From Lama guanicoe (Eukaryota): a stretch of DNA of 64,000 nt. Each line of letters opens with the position of its first letter. Position 1 is the first letter of the stretch. Shown one piece after another: positions 1-12,900 of this stretch. Location of the stretch: the NCBI GenBank assembly GCA_013239625.1, contig MU056050.1, positions 1,598,084 through 1,662,083 of the forward strand, written 5' to 3'. The notes under the pieces were generated by a model. That model saw only the letters and a program-made list of their open reading frames with translations. It was not told where the DNA came from and ran no database searches. A program made the position numbers and the translations under genes.

Positions 1-1790
1 AGAAGAAAAAGAAATAAAAGGAATCCAAATTGGAAATGAAGAAGTAAAACTGTCACTGTTTGCAGATGACATGAGATTATACATGGAAAACCCTAAAGAA
101 GCAACCAGAAAACTACTAGAACTCATCAATGAATATAGTAAAGTTGCAGGATACAAAATTAATATACAGAAATCAGTTGCATTTCTATACACTAACAATG
201 AAATAGCAGAAAGGGAAATTAAGGAAATGATACCATTTACCATCATGCCAAAAAGAATAAAATACCTGGGAACACACCTAACCAGGGAGGCAAAAGACCT
301 GTATGCTGAAAACTATGACACTAATGAAGGAAACTGAAGATGACATAAAAAATGGAAAGATATACAGTGTTCTTGGATTGGAAGAACAAATATTGTTAAA
401 ATGGCCATACTGCCCTAGGCAATGTACAGATTCAATGCAATCCCTATCAAGTTACCAATGACATTCTTCACAGAGCTGGAACAAGAAATGTTAAAATTTG
501 TATGGAAACACAAAAGACCTTGAATACCCAAAACAATCTTGAAAAAGAAGAATGGAGCTGGGGGAATCATGCTCCCTGACTTCAGACTATACTACAAAGC
601 TACAGTAATCAAATCAGTATAGTACTGGCACAAAAACAGACACACAGATCAATGGAACAGTATAAAAAGTCCAAAAATAAACTCACGCACATATGGTCAA
701 TTAATCTATGACAAAGGAGGCAAGAATATACAATGGAGAAAAGACAGTCTCTTCAGTAAGTCATGCTGGGAAAATTGGACAGCTACCTGTAAAAGACTGA
801 AATTAGAACATTCTCTAACACCATGTACAAAAATAAATTCAGAATGGATTACAGACCTAAATGTAAGACCAGATACTATAAAACTCCTAGAAGAAAACAT
901 AGGCAGAACACTAGCGGACATACATTATAGCAATATATTTTTTAAACCAGCTCCTGAAGTATTGAAATTAAAAGCAAAATAAACAATGGGATCTAATTAA
1001 ACTTAAAAGCTTTTGCACAGCTAAGGATACCATCAACAAAATGAAAAGACAACTTACAGAATGCGAGAAAATATTTGCAAATGATGTGACTGACAAGAAA
1101 CTAATTTCCAGAATATACAAACAGCTCATATACCTTAGTATGAAAGAAACAAACAACCCAATCCAAAAATGGGCAGAAGACCTAAACAAGCAATTCTCCA
1201 ATGAAGACATACAAATGGCCAATAGGCATATGAAAAAATGCTCAGCATTGCTAATTGTTAGAGAAATACAAACCAAAACTACAATGAGATATCACTTCAC
1301 ACCAGCCAGAATGGCCATCATTGAAAAGTCTACAAATGATAGATGCTGGAGAGGGTGTGGAGAAAAGGGAACCCTCCTACACTGTTGGTGGGAGTGTAGA
1401 TTGGAGCAGCCACTATGGAGGACAGTATGGAGGTTCCTTAAAAAACTGAAAATAGATTTACCATGTGATCCAACAATCCCACTCCTGGGCATATATCCAG
1501 AGAAAAATAAAATTATAAAAGACACATGCACCCCAATGTTCACAGCAGCACTATTTACAATAGCAAGACATGGAAACAACCCAAATGTCCACCAACAGAT
1601 GACTGTATAAAGATGTGGTACAATGGAACACTACTCGGCCATAAAAAAGAATAAAATGCCATTTGCAGCAATATGGATGGACCTAAAGACTGTCATTCAA
1701 AGTGAATTGGGCTGGAAAGAGAAAGAAAAATGCCGTATGACATCATTTATATGAAGAATCTAAAAAATAATAACAATAATAATAAGGACA
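1..1790 (+). mobile_element. L1 ORF2 3' half (RT and C-terminal region) plus start of 3' UTR, decayed
   Basis: Reads [19 protein letters not shown] (RT FADD motif) near 41-95. ORF 1041-1610 carries the L1 C-terminal Cys-rich motif [18 protein letters not shown]. Frameshifts and stops lie between the segments. Confidence 0.97.
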
Positions 1791-1837
1791 CAAATAATAA
1801 TAATAATAATCTAAAAAATAATAACAATAATAATAAG
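1757..1837 (+). repeat. 30-bp direct duplication in an AAT-rich tract at the truncated L1 end
   Basis: AATCTAAAAAATAATAACAATAATAATAAG at 1757-1786 and 1808-1837. Confidence 0.9.
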
Positions 1838-2381
1838 TTATTATTTATAACTTAGATGATTGATTTCTTGAATATGTGTAAGCACATCTGACTGTCCTTT
1901 AAGATTGAATTACCGCATTCTCTTGATTCTTATTTTGTAGTTGGTTTTATTTCTTTGATAACTATGTAAGTTTAAAAAGCTAAAGATCTAATCTGTTCTT
2001 AGAAACAATAATTAGTACATATATGAAAACTAAAAAAAGTGCAGTATACTGTTTAATATGTATTTACATGCAATATAATGTATATGTGCAGTTGAACTGT
2101 AATAATTCTACATAATAAAACTGGAAAAAAAGAAAATAGGAATATAAAAAAAATGAAACAAAAATTTAAATATATCAATAAAATTGATAAAATTCTAGAC
2201 ATGCTAACCAAGAATAAAAAGAAATAGATATAATTACCAGTTTAAATGATGAATGAGAGGTGGTCACTACTGATCCCATGGACATTAAAAGGATAGTGAA
2301 GAAATACTATGAATGACTCTATGACCATAAATCTGATCATTTACCTGAAATGGGTGAATTCCTTAAAAATATCAAGTATCA

Positions 2382-3315
2382 CCCACACACCTACAATTAA
2401 TCTATGCAAGGAAGGCAAGAATATACAATGGAGAAAAGACAGTCTCTTCAATAAGTGGTGTAAGAGAAGCTGGAAAATTACATGTAAACTAATGAAATTA
2501 AACAATCCCTCATACCATATACAAAAATAAACTCAAAGTGGTTTAAACACCTAAATATAAGACACGAAACCATACAACTCCTAGAAGAAAACACAGGCAA
2601 AACATTCTCTGACATATATTATAGCAAGATTGTCTTAGATCAGTCTCCCAAGGCAAAATAAATAAAGCAAAAGTGAACAAATGGGACCTCATCAAATTTA
2701 AATGTTTTTGCAAGCAAAGGAAACTGTCAACAAACAAAAGAAACACAATCTATGGAATAGGAGAGAATATTTGCTAATGATGCAATTGACCAGGGTTTAA
2801 TATCCAAAATATACAAACAGCTCATACAACTCAACAGTGAAAAAACAAACAACCCAATCAAAAAATTGGCAGACCTGTATAGACTTCTCTAAAGAAGACA
2901 TACAGATGATCAACAGGCACATGAAAAGATGGTCAACATCACTAATGTTAGAAAAATGCAAATCAAAACCACAATGAGGTATCACCACACATTGGTGAGA
3001 ATAGCTATCATCAAAAAGTCTACAAATAATAAATACTGGAAAGGGTGTGGAGAAAAGGGAACTCTGCTACACTGTTGGTGGTAATGTAAACTGGTGCAGC
3101 CACTTTGGAAAACAGTTTGGAGGTTCCTTAAAAATCTAAAAATAGAGCTACCATATGATCCAGCAATCCCACTCCTGGGTCTACATCTGGAGAAAACAAA
3201 AACCCTAATTCAAAAAGATACATGCACTCCAATGTTCATAGCAGGACTATTTACAATAGCCAAAACATGGAAACAACCCAAGTGCCCATCAACAGATGAT
3301 TGGCTTAAGAAGATG

Positions 3316-3346
<31 letters not shown>

Positions 3347-3843
3347 CATACACACATACACACAATTAAGTATTACTCAGTCATAAAAAAGAGTAAAATA
3401 TTGCCATTTGCAGCAACATGGATGGACCTAGAGAATATTATACTTAGTGAAGTAAGTCAGAGTAAAACAAATATTACATGATATCACTTGTATGTGGAAT
3501 CTAAAAAAAAATTATACAAATGAATCTATGTACAAAACAGAAATGGACTCACAGACACAGAAAATAAACTTATGGTTACCAAAAGGGAAAGGGAGTAGGG
3601 GATGGATACATTAGGAGCATAGGATTAACAAATACAAACTTCTATACACAAAATAGATAAGCAGCAAAGATTTACTGTATAGCACAGGGAAATATATTTA
3701 ATATATTGTAACAACCTATAATGGAGAATAATCTGAGTGTGTGTGTGTATGTGTGTGTATATATAAATACATATATCTGAATCACTTTGCTGTACACCTG
3801 AAACTAACACAATATTGTAAATCAACTATACTTCAATTTTAAA
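2382..3843 (+). mobile_element. 5'-truncated younger L1 (ORF2 end plus complete 3' UTR)
   Basis: ORF 3094-3318 [28 protein letters not shown]; 3' UTR ends gtaaatcaactatacttcaat; degenerate TSD sharing CAAGTATCA (2373-2381 / 3850-3858). Confidence 0.93.
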
Positions 3844-3980
3844 AAGACACAAGTATCAAAACTCATATAAGGAGAACTATATCTGCAAAACTTGTATCTA
3901 TTAGGGAAACTGAATCAATACTTACTAACTTCTCACAAGAGAAAATAGCAGGCCCAGACAGCTTCACTGGTGATTACTAC

Positions 3981-4630
3981 TGAAATTGAACAGGACCCTG
4001 CACTGCCCTCCTGGGTACAAAAGCCCCTCGTATTCCCCATTTCTTGTTTGTAGAAAAAGGCTTTAATCCCCTAGGCTTTCCCTGAGTTTCAAAGAGAAGA
4101 CTCAATCAGTTGCTACCTGAGGAAGTGAGGGAATGCAGAAACAAAGGAAAAGTAGTTAAGCAAGAAAAGTAATGATAGCTTAAACAAGAGACAGGGATAA
4201 AAACAGAGTCCTAGTTCCTCCTCAAGGGATACACATAACAATTTGACACATATCTTTGAGTTTTCATGCAGAAACTAAGACCCCTGCCCAGGTGGAGGAT
4301 GGTGACTACATGCTGACCACAAGTATGTAGATCTCAGACCAGTTGGAACCAGAAGGTTGATGATTAAGATTCCTGAAACACCACCCTGTTATCTCACAAC
4401 CAACCAATCAGGAGAATGTCATGCACCCCGCAGCCCTCACCAAAAATGTTGCCTTTAAAAACCCTTCCCTGAAAGCCATTGGGGAGTTTGGGTTTTTGAG
4501 CATGAGCTTCCCATTCTCCTTACTTGGTCCCTTGCAAATAAATGCTGTACCTTCCTTCATCACAACCCACTGTCAGTAGATTGGCTTTGCTGTATGCTGG
4601 GTGAATGGACCCAAGTTTGGTACAGTAACA
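3981..4630 (+). mobile_element. Solo LTR, ERV1-like (650 bp)
   Basis: Begins TG and ends CA. TATA-like TTTAAAA near 4454, AATAAA at 4537-4542. 4-bp TSD CTAC/CCAC. Interrupts the colinear L1 sequence. Confidence 0.85.
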
Positions 4631-4919
4631 CCACCAAATAAGAAGGAAATAATATGAATTCTTCATAATACTTTATAGAAGACAGAAGCAATGAGAGCAT
4701 TTCATAATTCATTCTATGAAGGCAGAATTACTTCACTACCAAAACCAGACTAAACACATTATAAGAAAGGAAAACTACAGGCCAACATCTCCTATGATCA
4801 GAGATACAAAAATCCTCAGCAAAACATTAGCCAATCAAATCCAATAATAAATAAAAATAATTATATACCATGACCAAGTGGGATGTGTATCAGGTAAGAC
4901 CAAAAGAAAAAGAAAGTGC

Positions 4920-5430
4920 ACATAAACACTATACACAAACACTGTATTCTAGTTGCTAAAGTTATTTCCCATGGGAGTACAGGCTAACAATTCTGATACT
5001 AATATTTATGCACTAGGGTCAGTTCAGTAAGTAGGTAGTGAAGGATGGAAACTAAATTTCTCACTGTTGCAGTGGTAAGCTGCAGATAAGCTAGGGGAGA
5101 CTAGTATGATCTGTGTGATAATGAATTAGAGTTGGTGCCATAGGTATAAACTCATGTTTAGCTTAGTATAACTACAGATGAATAGATAAATGGTATGGAT
5201 AAATGATGTATAAGTGTGTACTAGTAAACATACATACATTTTCTAGTTTCTGTCCACTACAAGTGACTAGTAGCAAGGAGCATACCTTGCATCCAGATCT
5301 TGGTTCTGATGCCATTCTGAAATTAAAGGAAGCAGGGGTCCTTGGAGAAATGACTGATTCTAGGACTAGGGCAGAGGATAACAGGTGAGTGTGGAAAAGT
5401 ACACCAGAAAGAAAGGAAATGCTAAAATTA
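4920..5430 (+). mobile_element. Ancient L1MC/L1MD-type 3' UTR fragment
   Basis: Resembles the old L1 3' end motif ccagatcttgg...cttggagaaatgactgattctaggactagggcag. Confidence 0.65.
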
Positions 5431-6479
5431 ACTTCTTTTTAATGTTATCCTAGGAATAATGTAATTAGGAAAGGAAGCCATTTTTCAAAAATCCAAAATT
5501 TCACTCCAATTTGGATTATTCACTATTCTGAGTTATCCACATCACCCTTCCCTATCACTAATAGAGGGTATCAAACATGTGGCTATACTTTAAGTTCCAA
5601 GTACTCCTTCCAGGCTGTGGACTAGAGACCTGAGCAGCAAGTGCTCTTATCAGAAAAGGACTTTTTGAACTACTGCTTTCTCCAGCCTCACAGGTTTTAA
5701 TTCCAGCCTAACAGCTGCACTGCAGTCCATGAAATATTTACACTGTTTCCTGCTAAATTATATACATTATTTACCATATCATCTATTAAATATTTACCAC
5801 CTTTCCAAATATGCCATGTATTACACTCCACTGCTTCTGTTTCTTTTAGCTTTAAAATAGAAAAGGCCAAGTTCTGCAGAAACCCGGAGAAAGTGACTAT
5901 GACAAAGAAGAAAGCAGAGGAGGAAAAATGTAAAGATAAGCAGAAGGCAGCTGTATGAAAAAGGGCTCTGTGTTATATAGTCACTATTTTCTCAATTTTC
6001 TCTTCCTCTAGCTCTGATATTCATTTCTCTCACTTAGAGAAGATGCTTATTTTTCTAATAATTTTGTATATATAAACAATCAAATAGAAACTATTCTGGA
6101 AGTAAGCTATATTATCCTCAGAAGTCATGCTCTAGGGTGGACAGATACGTAAAATTGTCTGTTAAGACTTATGGTGATATCAGGAGTCAAGACACCAGCC
6201 CACCTTATTCAGAACTCTTCCCTCTGGGAAATAGTGACATATATTCAACTCTCCCTAAGCAATGTGATGTTTCACTCTCTTGAAAACAGAAAAAAGTAAA
6301 ACAATAGGAGAATATATATATATATACACACATATAAAATCTTGTGATCAGCAAAAGGTACCAAACTATGAAACCCTTTGATGCTCTGAGTAGTATTTAA
6401 AAAAAGAACTAATTGGTTCCTACTTGAAACTCTAACTTGTTTATTGTTCTTTAAATTGGTCATTGTCCCCAAAGTAGGC

Positions 6480-6970
6480 ATCTTGGAGATTGCTAATTAT
6501 CTACCAATTAATTATGCATTCTCCTCTTCCATTGAGATGAACATAACCCTGATTTTTAGAGTGACACACTGATACCCACTTAAAAGACTATCTCCCAGCC
6601 TTTCTTGCACTTGAAGGTGGCATATGACTAAGTTCTGACCAATGAAAGACAAATGGAAGTGTTACGTGGGACTTTCAGAGGTCTCTTTATAAGAGATGGG
6701 GCACATGGCTCTCCTCCTTTCTTCCTCCGTGCTGCTGCTTGAAACCTCAAGATGATGACCAGAACACCAGTAGCCATCTTGAACCATAATGATGAAGGCC
6801 ATACCATAGGAATCAAACATCAAATAGCTGGACAAGTCTGGGTCTTTGATAACTGTGGAGCTGCTATACCAACCCTTAACTGCCAATGTCAGCCCTTTTC
6901 TTTGTCATAGTTAAGCCACTCTGTTTTAGGTTTCTACTATATGCTGCCAGACTTAATCTATACTAATATA
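6480..6970 (+). mobile_element. MaLR LTR, MLT1 (I/J-like)
   Basis: Contains the motifs tctcccagcctttcttgca, tgactaagttctgaccaatga, agccatcttgaaccat and ttaagccact; ends ...tactaatata. Confidence 0.8.
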
Positions 6971-7753
6971 GCTAGGTTAATACACTATTCTCTCTCTCAA
7001 CCATTTCATCCTACAGGCATTGGGTACTTTATGTATGGCTATTTGCTGTCAAAACTTGTTCTGAGAGCAATGAGTCTTATCTTAGTGGTACAAATACAAC
7101 TCTGTGCATTATTTCAGTCATAGTTAGCTGTCCACTCTGCATGAAAGACTGTCTTTGTTCCTGCTCATCTGAAGTCAAAGTATAGCCTTCTACAGTAATT
7201 ACAAACACTCTAAATTGTTTTTCCTGAAATTTAGATTGGACTGGCTTAAAATTTGTTAGTGCTACTAATATGCTGAAACATATTACTGATGTCCACATCC
7301 TTGGAGCTGTCAAGGCTTTGCTGGTTAATCTTCATTTGCTGGACTGAGTAGTTATTTGCAATTGCTGTGTTGATACAAATGCGTCAGCATATTTGACTTA
7401 TATAGAACAATTAAATTCCTAAAGTGTCACTTGTTTCACATACAAAGTTGTTTGAAAATTTCCTTAAACTGCACTTCAGGTCAACAAACATTTCCTGAAT
7501 GCTTATCATATTTTAGGATGTAAAAAGCATGCTGATTTGAGATTCAACAAGTCCAAAGCTCATAAACATAATTTCTAGAGGGAGAATACAGACAGTTTTA
7601 GGGAAAGCATTTGAATTAAAATTTTCCTGAAATGAATGGGTCCTTTAATTGCATTCTTGCCTTAAGTGGGGTAATCTATGGCATTAATACCTCTTTTAAA
7701 ATCTTCTAGATTTTCCATTTTGCTTTGCTGAAACACACTGAATCACCTCATAC

Positions 7754-10289
7754 TGCAGCTGGGATTTTCTGAAATCTCTACTCTCTAACGTTAATCTCCA
7801 AAGTGCTTTGCAGGTGTTTTTATAGGAAGGAATTCTTTAAAATTGTCCTGAATAGATCATAAAAGTTTTGATTAAAGCTGATGGTTTTATAAACTCTTTA
7901 GAAGACTACATTTCTATACCAGCAACTTCTCCAGAAAAATTAGGTGAATGGCATTGACTTTGACTGTTTCAATATTTAAGGCAAAAAGGTCTATTTTATG
8001 TCATAAACAAACTAGGTGATTGCCTGAGTTCTCCTCTCTACAAGGCTGGACAGAGCAAAAATGTTCTCAAGGATGTATTTGCAAATGGTATACTGTTCTG
8101 TAGTTAACCAAATGCCGTAATATGAAACAGACATGGACTGGCAAGAATATTAGCAATGGATGGCATTTTTTTTAGGTTTTTAAACCCAACGCAATCTTAT
8201 TTGGTTTTGTTTAGCCTAATTTCTCCCTTTAGACTGTGTAAGTCAGCTCTGTGCCCTCTTCAATGTGGAGCTGATCTCTATGTTTTTGCAATCTGCTAAT
8301 ATACAGACTGGATAGTTTCTGGGCTCCCCAGGGACTCCTTGGGAATGGGGACTAGCTATCAAATCACTGCATGAGGATGGTAGGGATTACAAGCCTACCT
8401 TATGTATGTGAGCACTATTCTATTCTGGAACCCTTGATTATATAAGACAATAAGCTAATTGTTAGAAATAAGGAACTTTGAACCAACTCTAAAGCCCAAC
8501 TCAGTATGAACCATACAGATGATCTGCTATATTCCCAGCCTTAACTCTGTTTTTGAAACTTCATTAAAAGAAAAAAACAACAAACTGTGAATTAGTTTAT
8601 TTTAAACACGATGAAAGTGTTTAAATTAGAGCAAAAGCGTATATATTATTGATGTTCCCTGAACCAAAATAAGACTGAATTATCTATGGATTTCCTAAAG
8701 TGAGCTGCCATTTCATGTGATTCAAGTTTCTAATTGTGAGAGGATTTAAAAATAAATTTAGGCAATTATTCAGACTTCAAGAGGTATTTACCAAAAAGGG
8801 TCCCAAAAATTCAATGTCTAAAATGCATCTGAATGGTGATACTCTTAAGATAAATAACCTGTTCCTTTTTATACCCCTAGCTGTTGTGTCTCTGCAGTTC
8901 CTCTTCTCTGCACCAGTGTACTTTCAATTGAACCCATTTACAGCGTTTTTGAGAGGATCATAGGAGAAAGAGCTGAGATCCAAGGCTTTAATGGAGATTT
9001 TGTCCAGATTGACTTTTTACTGATGTTTTCATGCTTCAGATTAGAAAAGAGGGAAATCAAAGGACAACTCTTTCCATAACACTATTTTTCTTCTATTCTA
9101 TCCCATCTAGAAATCTTCTCAGTTCACTAAATTTAGGCAATTTGAAAGCTATTTCCTAAATTGGCATTTAGAGTTAAGTATTTATATGCAAAAGAATTTT
9201 TAAAAGGAGAGAGACTATATATAGAATAGGAACAAAATTAAATAAAATCCAAATTTTATCAGTTCATCCATTAGGAATAAACTGATTTTAGAAAAAAATG
9301 AAATCAAATGATATTTAAAAGTATAAGAACAGTTCAGTTTCACCAAAGAAATAAATCTCTGGCAGTCAACTAATTCCACGGGCTTCCTTAGGGGCTAAGT
9401 TCTTTCTGCACATCAGTGAAAGAATCAGTATTTGAGACACGAAGTAACTTTCTGGCAGACATTGAAAAAGGTACCAAATGGTCTCTGTCTTTGCTGTGAT
9501 CAACTGTGAAATGAAAACCTACCACTTAAATCACTTCTACTGCAACCTAATTCGTTCTCCCTGAACACAGCTCAGAATAAGTCTCAGTGCCCTCTGGCCC
9601 ATTGAATTTTTTCTTAAAATAAAGCCAACAATGTGAAGTTTCTATTGTTGGAATATCTTCCCAATCAGCAAGTGTACTTGATATTTCAACTGTAGTCTGA
9701 AATTTAGTATACCAGTGAGTTGTCTGGTCTGAACAGTGCCAACTTCATTTAAATTACAGTTCTACCACTAATGATCTATGTGGTCTTGGTCAAGTCATTT
9801 CTCCTTTATGGCCTATGTTTTTATCACCTATAAATGAAAAAATCAATTCTAAGTGTCCCTTCCAGCTTTAAGGGTCTGTGAGCCCAACTATTTTTTACTA
9901 CATAAAATCTGGTAGGATTTAGATTTGGATTTAAAATGTCTGTCCCTCCTTCCCCCAACCAACTTTCTACTATCAATCACAATTTTGCAAAAAGGATTTA
10001 GCTATTTATCTGTAAGGAAGGGCCATCTCCACATATCCAAGGAGTAGGTAGCTGCCTTCATAGAGAAAGATGCCCTTAGATGATACTAAGGCCCTCTATA
10101 GTAGAGTAAACCTCCAAAACACCTCATATTTCCATTTCTTTGTCTTATGCTAATTTTGCCTTAATGCCACCTAATTCTTAGGGATAGCGCTGAAAATTAT
10201 GAGATCCCTTACTGAAAGCAAGCGCAGCTTCAATTTGGGCTTATAACCATGATGAAGGAGTATACTTGGTTATTGCATAAAATTATGGA
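7754..10289 (-). pseudogene. Distal candidate exon group: 10289-10213, 9503-9344, 9040-8875, 8454-8399, 7895-7754
   Basis: Acceptors ttgttcttccatacag and ttttcatttcacag; donors TCA|GTAAGG and AAG|GTAGGC. Other sites are weaker (AG>AA at 9041-9042). Reading frame is ambiguous. Confidence 0.45.
9740..9880 (+). mobile_element. MIR/MIR3 fragment
   Basis: Core motif tgtggtcttggtcaagtcatttctcc...cccttccagct. Confidence 0.6.
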
Positions 10290-11374
10290 CTGTATGGAAG
10301 AACAATGGTCATAAAAGGTGAAAAGTCTACTGGGTAAGGTGAATGTGGTCATTGGACTAGGAGACATTATGTATACTTCTGCAAACTACATTTGGGATGA
10401 GACAATGGGGAATTCCAGCAGTCTGCGGAAATGCAGGTGGGGGTGCTTAGGTGGATCGAACAAACATAACTGATAAAATGTAACTCAAAATCACTGAAGT
10501 ACAAAATCTTGACTAAAAACACCATTATTTCTTTAAACTAAGACTTTTACTCAGTTTGTTGATGTATATAGATATAGATACAATATAGATATATTCTATA
10601 TTGACTTCAGATAATCAAATCATTTGTTTTACATCGATATTTGTGGTAAAGTGTGATTCAATTAACAGAAATTCATTTAATGCAGCCCTCATTACTAGAG
10701 CACCTCTATTCTGTCTAAAGTAGATAAGTTTACGTCAAAGAAACGTCCCAGGAGTTCAACTGTATTTTAAGAGTATGTAGTTTCTTTGTGCGAAAGTTAC
10801 TGGAGTCTGTCATTTCTTACTAAGACTATTTTTAGGACCCTATTGTTACTAATACTTATTAGTCCTCTTACTAGGACTAATATGCCTCATGTCTTACTAG
10901 GACTCTATTCGTTTCCCAATATAACATAAAGATATTTAATATTTCCCTGTACTTTTTTGTCTATGTTCCCTTAGTGTTTGCTGTGCTAGGTTACCCAAAT
11001 CGGTAGGAATAAGAGTTGATTTCAACTGACAGACACTGACAGAAATTATTAATTCTTCATGAGAAGCCAAAGTTAGGCAAATATGTACCAACTGTTCTAT
11101 AGCTTTGCAAACAGAAAAACAATTGACCAAATCAAAGAGTGCACAGTGCTATGGGGGCAACATAAACCCACTCAATGATCCAAAATGTGGTTTTTCCCAT
11201 CCATCCTCATTTCCTCTTGGCTTCAGTGCCAGATGTTTTAGAATTTCAAGCATCTTGACATCCTCCAAATAGCTACATGAGTAATTAAGGCATATGTTCG
11301 CCTATGTGTGTGTGCGCATGCATGCATGTGTGTCTTGGAATCCCTACATTGAAGTCTGAGAATACAAAATCTGA

Positions 11375-11610
11375 AAGCAGTAGAAAAGGGTTTTGTTTGA
11401 AGTCGGGCAAAGCTGAGTTTGAATTTATCTATCAGTCTTCATCTGTGTGACCTCAATTAGATTACCAAATGTGGAGCCTCAGTTTTTTCATTTATAAAAG
11501 GGAGATAATAATAGTCCCAATTTCATAGGGCTGTCTGAGAATGAAAATTAATGTAAAGCACCTAGCACAGTGCCTTCAACCAAAGAAAGCAAACTGTAAA
11601 TAGTTATTAT
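11375..11610 (+). mobile_element. MIR SINE
   Basis: ctgtgtgacct...gagcctcagttttttcatttataaaagggagataataatag...gtaaagcacctagcacagtgcct. Confidence 0.85.
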
Positions 11611-11749
11611 GATATAAAAGACCTTTGAAGTTTTAGAAGGTTTTAGAAAGACTCCACCAATGAGGAGAAAATAAAAACAAATAGCATTTTCCTTATGGAC
11701 TCAGTATGTACTTCAATTTACATTACTGGTGCATATTAATGGGGAAAGC

Positions 11750-11985
11750 TATTGTAGTACTCAAGAACATGGTCTTTGAAATCCTGGCTCTTTCAGTTGG
11801 TAAGTCTGAACAAGTTATCTAATATCTCTGAGCTCTCAGATTTTTGCCTAAAATAATAGTGATTATAATAGTTCCTGCCTTACTGGGTTGTGAACACTAA
11901 ATAAGGACTAAATTCATATTAAGCCATTCTGAAGAGTGCATAATATATGGTAAGCATGCAATAAATGGCAGCTATTGTCATTATT
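11750..11985 (+). mobile_element. MIR SINE
   Basis: caagttatctaatatctctgagc...ggtaagcatgcaataaatggcagctatt. Confidence 0.75.
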
Positions 11986-12019
11986 GTCAGGGCATTCCTC
12001 AACAAATTAAATGATAATG

Positions 12020-12150
12020 GTAGAAGGAACTTTAGAGATTACCTGGCCCATGCATTGAAAACCATTCCTTTATATATGGGGTGAATTAGCCCAAAGAAGG
12101 GAAATGACCAGACCAAGATCAATCATTTAATTAGTGGCAGAATGGAACAG
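12020..12150 (-). mobile_element. MIR fragment
   Basis: Reverse-orientation MIR core: agaaggaactttagagattacct...cccaaagaagggaaatgacc...ttagtggcaga. Confidence 0.6.
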
Positions 12151-12900
12151 TACTAATTATTTTCACTCTGTTGGAGATGCTTGTAGAAAGATTTCCCAAG
12201 CAGACTTCATGGGTTGTCATGCTCATAAACTCAGTTCCTACACCACTACTTGGGAATTTTTTAAATGTTATATCATCTTTATTATTCCCTGTCATGAGAG
12301 GTAAAATTATGCCATGTTCTCCTTCCTATGTGTCAGCTATATGTTCCTATTTTCAGGTGGATGCTCTGGTCAGAGGCCATTTCTAAAACTTTCAACCTCA
12401 CAAATGTGATCATTGGTTTTATCTTTCTCATTCTCCTACCCCTGCCTATAACATCTCCAACAAACAACTCTGTTTATGGAGACATAGCATTTATTATCAA
12501 TTCTCATATAAAACTTCTTTTGGTGTATCTCACCCTCTCCTTCTCTAATAGTTTCCTTTATTTTTTTTAATTCAAGTTAAAAATTTGTGACCATAAAAGC
12601 CATCTTCATTCATTCTTTAAAGAGTAGGCTTCAGAAGTGATTTGACCAGTTCCCAAAGTTGCAACTTGGAATTGTTTATTTTTAATTTGTGGTTATTTAA
12701 AAAACAAAAGTCAGAATCAATAGACACATAGATCCCAAAACAGAATTTAAATGGAGAAACAACAGACGTTCCTCTTAAAATCTTACAGTTGGAAGAATTC
12801 TTATAAATCATTAGTTCAATCTATTACCCAGTAAATAATACTTCTTTACTTTCCTCATATAACAGTCACTGAGCTTCATATATTAAAAGTCATCGCAGCA

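Larger units (their letters stand above)
2130..4897 (+). mobile_element. Old L1M ORF2 fragment split by two later insertions (segments about 2130-2381, 3845-3980, 4631-4897)
   Basis: L1 ORF2-like text continues colinearly across both insertions, e.g. ggcccagacagcttcactggtga...ctac | ccaccaaata...cattctatgaaggcag. Confidence 0.85.

Noticed and set aside
706..1579. Minus-strand ORFs antisense to L1 ORF2 (similar ones elsewhere)
   Set aside because: Shadow ORFs of L1 sequence, not genes.
7826..7943. Plus-strand exon-like segment (tttttatag...TAG|GTGAAT)
   Set aside because: Contains stops, has no convincing plus-strand chain, and overlaps a minus-strand candidate; it shows that isolated splice pairs arise by chance.
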